Source of the DNA: Candidatus Pacearchaeota archaeon
Lineage (GTDB): Archaea > Nanobdellota > Nanobdellia > Pacearchaeales > UBA284
NCBI GenBank assembly: GCA_026016245.1
Contig: CP061211.1
Span: 360,001 to 392,000 of the forward strand
Length of the DNA: 32,000 nucleotides
Direction: 5' to 3'
Shown here: positions 24,499 through 32,000 of the stretch, in pieces
Layout: every line of letters starts with the position of its first letter
How positions within the stretch are numbered: position 1 is the stretch's first letter
The notes under the pieces: model-generated
Seen by the model: the letters and a program-made list of their open reading frames with translations, nothing else
Database searches by the model: none
Told to the model about the DNA's origin: nothing
Translations under genes and position numbers: made by a program

Positions 24499-27400
24499 TC
24501 ACAAAGGAGGAACTTCAAAAGGATCTATGATTGTTGTGCATACATCTGCTTCTGGACTTCCACCAGGATAATTCTCCCATTCATCTACACACTTGATATA
24601 GTATAAATGATCAAGCTGCCAATAAGCTGCATGGATTGTTTCATTATTGCCGGTCATTGCTGTTCCATCACTGAAATTATAATTGCATGCAGTTGAAGTG
24701 CTTGTTCCATAAACACAAGTACTATTTTCATCTGTTTCAATAATTAGATAATCCCCAATAGTTGTGTCATGATACATTCTGATAACTATTGGATCATCTT
24801 CATCCAGCAATGTATAGAATTTTGTAAAGTTTATTGCTTCCATATACCATTGATCCCTGCATCTAGCCCATAGAGTATGAAGCATGCCTATTTTTGTTGC
24901 ATTAAGAGTTTCATTGTGCCTTCCTTGGTGTATTGTGTTCATTACTTCATCTATGTAATACATCTCATCCCAGCTTGGTGGGGTCTTAGGACCATTTCCT
25001 TGATAAGTCTTGTATTTACATTCAGTTGATCGTGGCTCGCTTGTTACTTCAATTTCAGGCTGTCTGTCATAAGTTCTTTCATCCATTTCTGGCCTTATCA
25101 CAGTGATATTATATCCAGGCATTGTCATGAAAGAATAACTTAAAGTGTCTTCCTCTAACATAATATTTCCTGCATTATCTTCACATCTTATCATGAAGTT
25201 AAAGATTTTTGTTACATTGTATAAACCATTCTCCTCAAGCTGTTGTTGCATCTCAGGAGGCATCTCACTCCATTCAAGGCTCTCATAACCCTTGGATAAA
25301 TCAAGGTCTAGTTCACAGTGAGTACATTTTACATTAGTTAGATGTATACAATCAGAAGGATAACATTGGCCAAATATTACACTTGAATTTTCATTTGGTT
25401 TTTCTCTAAAGTATTTCATTTCTTCATAACTAGTAGTGTAGTTCATTGTTTTATCACTGTATTTACAATTTCCTAACTCATCTAGCCAGAATGTTGCTGT
25501 TAGATTCTTCCAATCATCATTTACAACAGCTTTATTTTCAGGATCAATATGTGCTATGACAGGAGGCAATTGATCTGGCTTTTCCTCTAGTCTAAATTGC
25601 ACATAATTTTGATCATAACTTGCTCCATGGGGAATATCACAAGCATTATTACATTTTATGAAAATTCTATGTTCTTGATCTCGAGTTATTTCTCCTGGTA
25701 GCATTATAGTTGTATATTGCCATCCTGGTACTCCGGCAGACTGCATAGGATAATAATTTTCTTCAAAATCATCCATCTCAGAAAATTCAGCTTCTCTTGT
25801 GTCAAGAATCCATCTACACTGAGCTGGTTTGTCTGTTGTCAGATTAATTAATATCATTTTTGTATTAAATGGAATCTCCCCAATATCTGTTCTTATATTT
25901 CCTTGACTGATTTCTGCTGGTATTGAGTTTACAAGTTCACCATTAATATACCACTCAATAAAACCTTTATTCATTCCCACTAATCCAAGTTCCTCACACT
26001 CGCCAGGAATACAATTATATTGATCACCTTTTTCAGTTGGAACAGCAATACAAGTTCCTAAAACAGCACATCTTTCTTTAGTGCATATTCTATAAGGATC
26101 TTCATTACAACTTATACAAGCATCTGTTCCAGGCAATGGTTTTTCTGCTGAACAAGAACCCATAATATCATATCCTTCAGCGCCACCAGAAGTTAATCTA
26201 AATGCCTTGATAGTTGCAGATGTACATGACAAAATATTAGCTACCATCTCAGGAATAGTCATAGCAAACACTGCTTCTGATTTTTGAAGATCATCTTGCG
26301 CAGCTTCTAACTCCTTATCTATTTCTATATATTCCTCTTCACCAAGCTCCTCTTTTTTTCCTGCAAGATCTTTTCTTGCTTCAACAATAGCTTCAATCTG
26401 CTCATTAATTTTTTTGGTTTTTAAATCTGGATCCTCTATGCCTTTGATTGTCTCTAAAGTACTTGCTATTGAACCATATCCTGCGTCAGTTAGATGTTTT
26501 TTCGCACCATCTATAAATTTATTAGCATTTTGCTTGTCCCATAACCAATGTCTTCCTATGCATACAGAAAGTCTTCCTAAAGTTCCTGGTTTTTTTACTC
26601 TTTCTCTCTCAGCTTCTTTTTGTTTACAACAATATTCTCCTTCTTTTAGACCTTTGATAGGAATTATGCTGTTAGGAAGACATTTTTCTGTTTCTTCTTC
26701 CCTTGACTTTACTATGATGCCATCCTTATCTCCGCATGTTACTGTTATACAGCATTGAATATTATCTGGGCCTGGGCAAAGATTTGGCTTACAATCTTCT
26801 GTTTCTACTACATCAGTATCAACACAGCTATAATCTGCGCCCCTTTGAGAACATATAGAATTTATATCAATAGCGCAGCATAGTAATTTTTCTATTTTTA
26901 AAATACATTCTGTTCCTGGGGTTATTCCTAAATTTTTAAGAGCATTATTATGCCATAGAAGTTTGTCATCACATGTTAATTGGCATCTTCCTAATCCTCT
27001 CTCTTCACAAAGATGTTTTGATGGTTTAGGTGGGAGTCCTGATGGGGCTGTTGATGGTGTTGGTGTTTTTTCTAGTTCGCTTCTTATACCTTCTTTTTCA
27101 TTGCGATGTTTCTGCCAGCTAAAGTATCCTGTGAAAGATTTAATGGCATGAGCTGTTCCTGGTAAACCAGTATCAGTGGCTAATGCACCTTCTCCTTCTT
27201 CTTTGAGTTCTCTTTTATAATTTTCAAGATCTGTTTCTAGGGCTTCTATCCTTGGAATTAAATCTCTCCTACCTATATCCTCGGCTACTTGCTTATAAGC
27301 TCTTATTTCAATCAATTCTCCTTCTATATTTTGAAGTTCAGCAGCTACTTTAGATTCTTCAGCTCCAGCTCTTCCCACAGGTATTGGTGGTTTAGTTATA

Positions 27401-27930
27401 GCACTACCAATAATACTTCCTTCAGTGCATCCTATACCATGACCCTTAGTAATTAAACTGAATAATCCTCTTGGTAAGCCGCCGCCCATAGTTCCTGCAG
27501 AACATACTTTGCATTCTACTTGAATATAACATAATTTTTTTTGGTCTTCTTTTGAAAAATATTTCCTCAAAAGCCCCCAGCTATGCCAGGCTGCTCCAAA
27601 AGAAACTACAAATTTTTTGTTATGGATTTTCCCTATTTTGTTATTATCACAATCTAATCCCCACCACCAAATCTCTACAATCTTATTTGAAAAAAAGTTT
27701 GTACTTACAGGGATAGTAGCTCCTTCTCTAGATTCAAATTCACATCTCAAATTAAGGGGTTCATTTAATTTTACAGGATCATATTTTATTCTAAAATCTA
27801 AGCTGGGGCCTGTGCTTTTTGTTGGTGCTATTTCTGTTTGGCCTAAAACAAAAGTAAATAATGATAAAATTATTAGAACCACTGCTATGGTTATTGCAAA
27901 GATTTTTATTGTGTTATTTTTATTTTTCAT
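24499..27930 (-). CDS. Giant secreted multidomain protein (1143 aa) with N-terminal hydrophobic leader, Cys-containing region and repeated Ig-like C-terminal modules
   Basis: MKNKNNTIKIFAITIAVVLIILSLFTFVLGQTEI leader; Cys cluster CEERGLGRCQLTC...LLCC...CQRG...IQCC...YCCKQ; C-terminal modules such as PPVIAHIDPENKAVVNDDWKNLTATFWLDELGNCKYS. Confidence 0.7.
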   Translation of the reverse strand: MKNKNNTIKIFAITIAVVLIILSLFTFVLGQTEIAPTKSTGPSLDFRIKYDPVKLNEPLNLRCEFESREGATIPVSTNFFSNKIVEIWWWGLDCDNNKIGKIHNKKFVVSFGAAWHSWGLLRKYFSKEDQKKLCYIQVECKVCSAGTMGGGLPRGLFSLITKGHGIGCTEGSIIGSAITKPPIPVGRAGAEESKVAAELQNIEGELIEIRAYKQVAEDIGRRDLIPRIEALETDLENYKRELKEEGEGALATDTGLPGTAHAIKSFTGYFSWQKHRNEKEGIRSELEKTPTPSTAPSGLPPKPSKHLCEERGLGRCQLTCDDKLLWHNNALKNLGITPGTECILKIEKLLCCAIDINSICSQRGADYSCVDTDVVETEDCKPNLCPGPDNIQCCITVTCGDKDGIIVKSREEETEKCLPNSIIPIKGLKEGEYCCKQKEAERERVKKPGTLGRLSVCIGRHWLWDKQNANKFIDGAKKHLTDAGYGSIASTLETIKGIEDPDLKTKKINEQIEAIVEARKDLAGKKEELGEEEYIEIDKELEAAQDDLQKSEAVFAMTIPEMVANILSCTSATIKAFRLTSGGAEGYDIMGSCSAEKPLPGTDACISCNEDPYRICTKERCAVLGTCIAVPTEKGDQYNCIPGECEELGLVGMNKGFIEWYINGELVNSIPAEISQGNIRTDIGEIPFNTKMILINLTTDKPAQCRWILDTREAEFSEMDDFEENYYPMQSAGVPGWQYTTIMLPGEITRDQEHRIFIKCNNACDIPHGASYDQNYVQFRLEEKPDQLPPVIAHIDPENKAVVNDDWKNLTATFWLDELGNCKYSDKTMNYTTSYEEMKYFREKPNENSSVIFGQCYPSDCIHLTNVKCTHCELDLDLSKGYESLEWSEMPPEMQQQLEENGLYNVTKIFNFMIRCEDNAGNIMLEEDTLSYSFMTMPGYNITVIRPEMDERTYDRQPEIEVTSEPRSTECKYKTYQGNGPKTPPSWDEMYYIDEVMNTIHQGRHNETLNATKIGMLHTLWARCRDQWYMEAINFTKFYTLLDEDDPIVIRMYHDTTIGDYLIIETDENSTCVYGTSTSTACNYNFSDGTAMTGNNETIHAAYWQLDHLYYIKCVDEWENYPGGSPEADVCTTIIDPFEVPPL

Positions 27931-28169
27931 TTTATTTTTTCTCCCAGCGCTCTTTCAACTTTTTCTACTACCGCATCTATTTCCTTTTGAAGTTCTTCCT
28001 GCTTTTTTTCTAATTCTACCCTTTTGAGGCTGTCTTTGTAAGCTGATATTTGGTATTGTTGTTCATTTATTTTGTTTTGATATGGTGGGACAGCTATGTT
28101 ATAAACTATAACTCCACCAACAATAGCTCCTACTATAGCTCCTGTAACATATTTTACTAAATCTGACAT
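27927..28169 (-). CDS. Small TM / coiled-coil protein with glycine-zipper-like helix
   Basis: 80 aa. MSDLVKYVTGAIVGAIVGGVIVYNIAVPPYQNKINEQ...; ATGA overlap with the downstream 1143-aa gene; paralogous to 28177..28485. Confidence 0.65.
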   Translation of the reverse strand: MSDLVKYVTGAIVGAIVGGVIVYNIAVPPYQNKINEQQYQISAYKDSLKRVELEKKQEELQKEIDAVVEKVERALGEKIK

Positions 28170-28176
28170 TTTTATT

Positions 28177-28485
28177 TTATTCCTTTTCTAATTCTTTTTT
28201 TATTTTGTCTTTTTCTTTATAATGCTTTTCCCAACTAAATCCTTGTGACTCTGCTTCTTTTAGCAGTTCTCCAAATTCTTTTTGATTTTCTTCTGCTTCC
28301 TGCGTTATAAATTCAAGACACAGTTTACTTAGAGCTTTATTTTTTTCTTTAAGTTGAGATTTTTCTGCTTTTAAAAAATTTATTTTACTTTGATACATTG
28401 GTTCAGCTATACCATAATAAACTATAACTCCACCAACAACAGCACCTACCACGCCTCCTATGACATATTTTATTATATCTTTCAT
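28177..28485 (-). CDS. Small TM / coiled-coil protein with glycine-zipper-like helix (paralog)
   Basis: MKDIIKYVIGGVVGAVVGGVIVYYGIAEPMYQSKINFLKAEKSQLKEKNKALSKL. The track ORF extends to 28563, but the ATG at 28485 follows the upstream stop with a 1-nt gap and matches the paralog N-terminus. Confidence 0.65.
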   Translation of the reverse strand: MKDIIKYVIGGVVGAVVGGVIVYYGIAEPMYQSKINFLKAEKSQLKEKNKALSKLCLEFITQEAEENQKEFGELLKEAESQGFSWEKHYKEKDKIKKELEKE

Positions 28486-28486
28486 C

Positions 28487-30310
28487 TTAACTTCCACCCC
28501 CTTGTTCTCCGCCTTGCTGTTCTCCGCCTTCACTACCGAAGACAGCTCCAGTTGCTTTATCAATAACAGTCTCTGTCACTTTTCCGCTTAAAGCATTCCA
28601 GGCTGCTCCCATAAGTTTGCCATTTATTATCCATAGTGGAGCATAAATTGCGTAAGCTTTTCCTCTGTCAGCTAAACATTTTAAAAAGTTAGTATTTTGA
28701 GGCAGCCAGCATGCTGGTTGCGTTTTGCCCCATGTTTTACAATAAACTAGTGTTGTGAATGTACATTCTGGAATAATAAGACTTATTCTATCTCCTAATG
28801 CAAGTCCTGGCCAGAACCAAGCAAATGTTCCTAGCTTAGTTCCGAAACCTGCTTCTTGGAATTGACAATCACCTTTACTATAACATTCTGCTCTTGTACA
28901 TAAATTCCATATAGCATCTCCTCCTCCGCCACATTCAGTACATTTACTTTCAGCAAGTCCTGGAGGATAGATAGGATCACAAGAGCCTACTGGTGTTCCA
29001 AGACCTACTCTTCCCATATCTTCATGATAAATACAATCACCATAATCACCAGACTCACATTTTTCTTTATTACAATAATCACCAAACCAGCTTGCCCACA
29101 TTCTTCCTGTTGGGAATGGGAAAGATGCTGGTCCTAGAAAATCACCAACTTCATTACCAAAACCAAACAAGGCTTTTGAAGCTCCACACTGAGAACAGTT
29201 TTGCCATTTATTTTCTTTGACTGTTCCATGTATTAGGGCAGGAGCCTCTCCTCCCATCTCACATAATTTTTGCCTGTCTGCTCCTAAACCTTCAATACCT
29301 ATATCACCAAAAGAGCAATGAAGGATTTGGTTTTGCAGGCCTGTTGATCTTTCTTGCATTCTCTCGTCTCCGTATTGAGTGTAGAAATTATAACATATTG
29401 AAGTTCCACTAAGTAATGTTGTTCCTTCTATAGTGGGAGCTTCATTCACTTTTGGGGCATAATCTGAAATTTCCTGGCTGCCTAATGAGCCTTCAATAAT
29501 ACATGTTGTGTCCTTACAATAAACATTTCCCAAGATATCTTTTGTACATAGGGCATGAGGATAATTACAATTGCCAGATTCATCTGTACCAGGATCACTC
29601 CATATTTCTTCTTGATTTCCTTGGCTGTCATACCAATAAATATCTGTTTCAGTTCCTGGAAGCTTGCCACATTCAGAATAGAAATTAGTTTCCACAGCAC
29701 AGTCTGCTACATCTCTACAATAATATCCTCCTTGTAAAGGCACGAAGTTTCCTTCTTGGCAATCTCTTCTTGGGCCATAACCACACTCTCCTCCTCCTAA
29801 AACACAACAGCCAAGATCTGTTGGCGAGCCTACTTTTTTACATTCTATCTGGCTTGTTATATCATCTCTAAATTCCATCATCTCTAGATCATAACCTAGA
29901 GCAAGAGTCAAATTTTCACATTGTCTGAATTGTAAAACTTCTGCCTTAACTCCTTGAGCAATTATACAACAGCCTGGTTTACATTGAGGAATTGATTCTA
30001 AAGGAGATGGATCAGGAACTCCATTCATAGCTCTACATTCTGCAGCTTGCTTATTTCTCAAACAAGGTTCTGCCTTGTTTTTTGGTATACAAGTTTGTGG
30101 CTTACATTCAGGAATATTACTACAATCATAAGGAGGGCCTGTATAAAACCTTCCTGGACATTCAGTTCTTGTTGTCTGAACACATTGCTGTCCTGTTCCA
30201 GTATCAAGACAGCATCCTTCCTGCTCTTGTGCTTGAACTTCTTGTGATGAGACAGTAAATAGTATTATAATCATCAAAATTGTTATGATTATTGCAAATA
30301 TTTTTTTCAT
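28487..30310 (-). CDS. Large Cys-rich secreted protein
   Basis: 607 aa. Signal peptide MKKIFAIIITILMIIILFTVSSQEVQAQ; about 43 Cys by manual count; three GCC-initiated Cys modules near the N-terminus; C-terminal GGEQQGGEQGGGS. Confidence 0.7.
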   Translation of the reverse strand: MKKIFAIIITILMIIILFTVSSQEVQAQEQEGCCLDTGTGQQCVQTTRTECPGRFYTGPPYDCSNIPECKPQTCIPKNKAEPCLRNKQAAECRAMNGVPDPSPLESIPQCKPGCCIIAQGVKAEVLQFRQCENLTLALGYDLEMMEFRDDITSQIECKKVGSPTDLGCCVLGGGECGYGPRRDCQEGNFVPLQGGYYCRDVADCAVETNFYSECGKLPGTETDIYWYDSQGNQEEIWSDPGTDESGNCNYPHALCTKDILGNVYCKDTTCIIEGSLGSQEISDYAPKVNEAPTIEGTTLLSGTSICYNFYTQYGDERMQERSTGLQNQILHCSFGDIGIEGLGADRQKLCEMGGEAPALIHGTVKENKWQNCSQCGASKALFGFGNEVGDFLGPASFPFPTGRMWASWFGDYCNKEKCESGDYGDCIYHEDMGRVGLGTPVGSCDPIYPPGLAESKCTECGGGGDAIWNLCTRAECYSKGDCQFQEAGFGTKLGTFAWFWPGLALGDRISLIIPECTFTTLVYCKTWGKTQPACWLPQNTNFLKCLADRGKAYAIYAPLWIINGKLMGAAWNALSGKVTETVIDKATGAVFGSEGGEQQGGEQGGGS

Positions 30311-30321
30311 TTTTTTCTTTT

Positions 30322-31146
30322 TTATGTTCTGTCTACTGCAAAATTAAATTTATATGGGAATTCTCCTATTCTGTGAGGAACAGATTCTAGTATGAAGACT
30401 ATCTGATCTTTGTTGATACTTCGAGCATCTCTGCTAATGTATTGAAGTGTGTAAGGATCATTCCATGTCTCTTCATCCCATTTTAAACCTTCATAATTAC
30501 AATCTACTTGAGTTTCACAATCAACAATCCTATTAGCTGTATACCATAAATTTCCTAAAGGAACAGTGAGAGTGGCTGGAATCTGGTTGATTGTCTGCTC
30601 AGCTTCTGCCCTCGCTGTCTGCTTGCTTATTTTTATAGGCCAATCAACATTAATCATTATGGAATCGGGATTTATCGTTGCTGTCATCTTTCTTTCTCCA
30701 GGTTCAACATTCATATTTCTTTTGAAGGAAGCAAAATTATTAAGGCAAGAATCAATTTCAGCATAACCTTCTCTTTCAAGAAAAAGAGAGAATTGCTCCT
30801 CTATCTGGGTTTCACTTGGAAGTTTATTTATTCTTTGTTTTGCAGCATCTTTGTACATAACAACAATATAACTGTTTCCTGCAAAATCTAATCTTTCTAA
30901 TCCAGTAGTATCATAATAGCCTGCTTGTAAACCTATCCTCTCAAAAGCAGGATAACTTGTAGCAAGAACACAGTCATAAACAGCATCTCTAAGTGATTCT
31001 GCTTGGCTTGCTAAAAAGGATTCTGTTTGTTGTTGGGACATGAATAAAGTTGAGATAGTGGGCCAGAAAATAAGGCCAAGAACTACAACTGCTATGATGA
31101 CAATGGCGATAATAATGAATAAGGTAACCTGTCCTCTTTTATCCAT
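30322..31146 (-). CDS. Pilin-like N-terminal anchor protein of the KRGQVTLFIII type (paralog of 12283..13023)
   Basis: 274 aa. MDKRGQVTLFIIIAIVIIAVVVLGLIFWPTI...IGLQAGYYDTTGLERLDF...EIDSCLNNF...INVDWPIKI. Confidence 0.7.
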   Translation of the reverse strand: MDKRGQVTLFIIIAIVIIAVVVLGLIFWPTISTLFMSQQQTESFLASQAESLRDAVYDCVLATSYPAFERIGLQAGYYDTTGLERLDFAGNSYIVVMYKDAAKQRINKLPSETQIEEQFSLFLEREGYAEIDSCLNNFASFKRNMNVEPGERKMTATINPDSIMINVDWPIKISKQTARAEAEQTINQIPATLTVPLGNLWYTANRIVDCETQVDCNYEGLKWDEETWNDPYTLQYISRDARSINKDQIVFILESVPHRIGEFPYKFNFAVDRT

Positions 31147-31166
31147 GTTTTAAATAACAAATCTGA

Positions 31167-31176
31167 TATTTATAAA
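31167..31176 (-). promoter_or_regulatory. Putative TATA box for the surface operon
   Basis: Reverse-strand TTTATAAATA centred about 25 nt upstream of the ATG at 31146. Confidence 0.5.
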
Positions 31177-31214
31177 GTTTATTCTATTATTCGTTTTTAT
31201 CCCTCTTTTTGAGC

Positions 31215-31952
31215 TTATTCTTCTTCTTCTACTCTCGGTGCAAGAACAAAACTTAACTCTACTCCCTCCTTATTTACAAAATCAAATCTTGCAGGATAAT
31301 CGTTTGAGAAATTAACAATGACTTTATCTGAGAGTTTTGATGCTTTTGCAAATTTGGCAAGATAGTCTAGACTGTATTTTGCTTTTGAATTTTCTTTTGC
31401 TTGAATTTTTATCTCATCACTGTTAAATTCTGTCTTGGCTGAATTTAAGGTTCCTTTTGCCTCTATCAAAAAAAGATCTTCTGAAGCATTTAGAGAGCAA
31501 GAATCAGCGACTATTGAGGCATCATTTATTGATTCTGCGAAACTTTTTGCATCTAATTCTATCTTGGCTGAAAAATTAAGACTTGGAATCTGTTTTTCTT
31601 CTGCTTCTACATTTATAAGAGCAAGACTGAAAGCTCTTTTTGATTTTTCTCTGATTCTTAGCTTGATAGTATTATCTTTTCTCTCTATTATTAGACTTGA
31701 ACTAAATGCAACACGTCTTAATACTTGTTTAAAATCTTCCAGGTTTATACCAAGTTCTTCATCCTTATCTATTTCAAATTGTGAAAAAGCTTTAGCTGGA
31801 ATCTTCAGAGAGATTAGAGCTACATTAGCAGGATCTATTGCTGTTATTTCAAAACCATTTTTGTTTATTTTTGCTTTAACCTCTAAAACTAATTCACTAA
31901 GTAAAGAGATACTATCAGCAAGAAGCTTTGGATTGTCTAATTTGAGTAACAT
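31215..31952 (-). CDS. pcn: DNA polymerase sliding clamp, PCNA
   Basis: LKLDNPKLLADSISLLSELVLEVKAKINKNGFEITAIDPANVALISLKIPAKAFSQFE...LGINLEDFKQVLRR...LDYLAKFAKASKLSDKVIVNFSNDYPARFDF. The track start at 31970 is TTG; the ATG at 31952 lies about 25 nt from a TATA-like element. Confidence 0.92.
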   Translation of the reverse strand: MLLKLDNPKLLADSISLLSELVLEVKAKINKNGFEITAIDPANVALISLKIPAKAFSQFEIDKDEELGINLEDFKQVLRRVAFSSSLIIERKDNTIKLRIREKSKRAFSLALINVEAEEKQIPSLNFSAKIELDAKSFAESINDASIVADSCSLNASEDLFLIEAKGTLNSAKTEFNSDEIKIQAKENSKAKYSLDYLAKFAKASKLSDKVIVNFSNDYPARFDFVNKEGVELSFVLAPRVEEEE

Positions 31953-31972
31953 AAGTGAGTGAGAATTCAAAA

Positions 31973-31982
31973 GTTTTTAAAG
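31973..31982 (-). promoter_or_regulatory. Putative BRE/TATA element of pcn
   Basis: Reverse-strand CTTTAAAAAC about 25 nt from the ATG at 31952; resembles the AACTTTAAATA element upstream of asnS and AACTTTATAAATA upstream of the 31146 gene. Confidence 0.45.
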
Positions 31983-32000
31983 TTTGTTGTGCTTCTTATT

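Noticed and set aside
24552-27000. Possible CRISPR or DNA tandem repeat inside the very large surface gene
   Set aside because: Repetition is at the level of degenerate protein modules; no identical DNA repeats with regular unique spacers were seen by eye anywhere in the window.
31435-31962. 175-aa plus-strand ORF opposite pcn
   Set aside because: Antisense shadow of the well-supported PCNA gene; Ser/Leu-rich with no domain.

Overview
This 32 kb window looks like a compact, AT-rich archaeal chromosome segment, probably from a DPANN-type lineage. That assignment rests on gene content only: eukaryote-like eS19, eL39 and eL31, PCNA, Hjc, TrmY, Mre11/Rad50, RNase J and Cbf5. Housekeeping genes dominate: asparaginyl-, cysteinyl- and lysyl-tRNA synthetases, DNA repair and replication genes, a small ribosomal-protein cluster, tRNA-Phe(GAA) and tRNA-Trp(CCA). 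The less ordinary parts are: (1) a tight five-gene operon (about 24.5-31.15 kb) encoding a pilin-like anchor protein, two large secreted proteins (one very Cys-rich) and two tandem TM/coiled-coil miniproteins, with a smaller related locus at about 11.25-13.02 kb; (2) a 5'-truncated DDE transposase remnant joined by an ATGA overlap to a signal-less trypsin-like protease (15.6-17.1 kb); (3) a stand-alone NFACT-R domain gene overlapping a CRM/YhbY gene upstream of eS19-eL39-eL31; (4) a 55-aa histone-fold-like ORF and a 54-aa zinc-ribbon ORF, both missed by the supplied ORF track. I found no CRISPR array, no recognisable canonical defence system and no intact mobile element. The surface operon is the best candidate for an under-described system, but its function is inferred, not shown.
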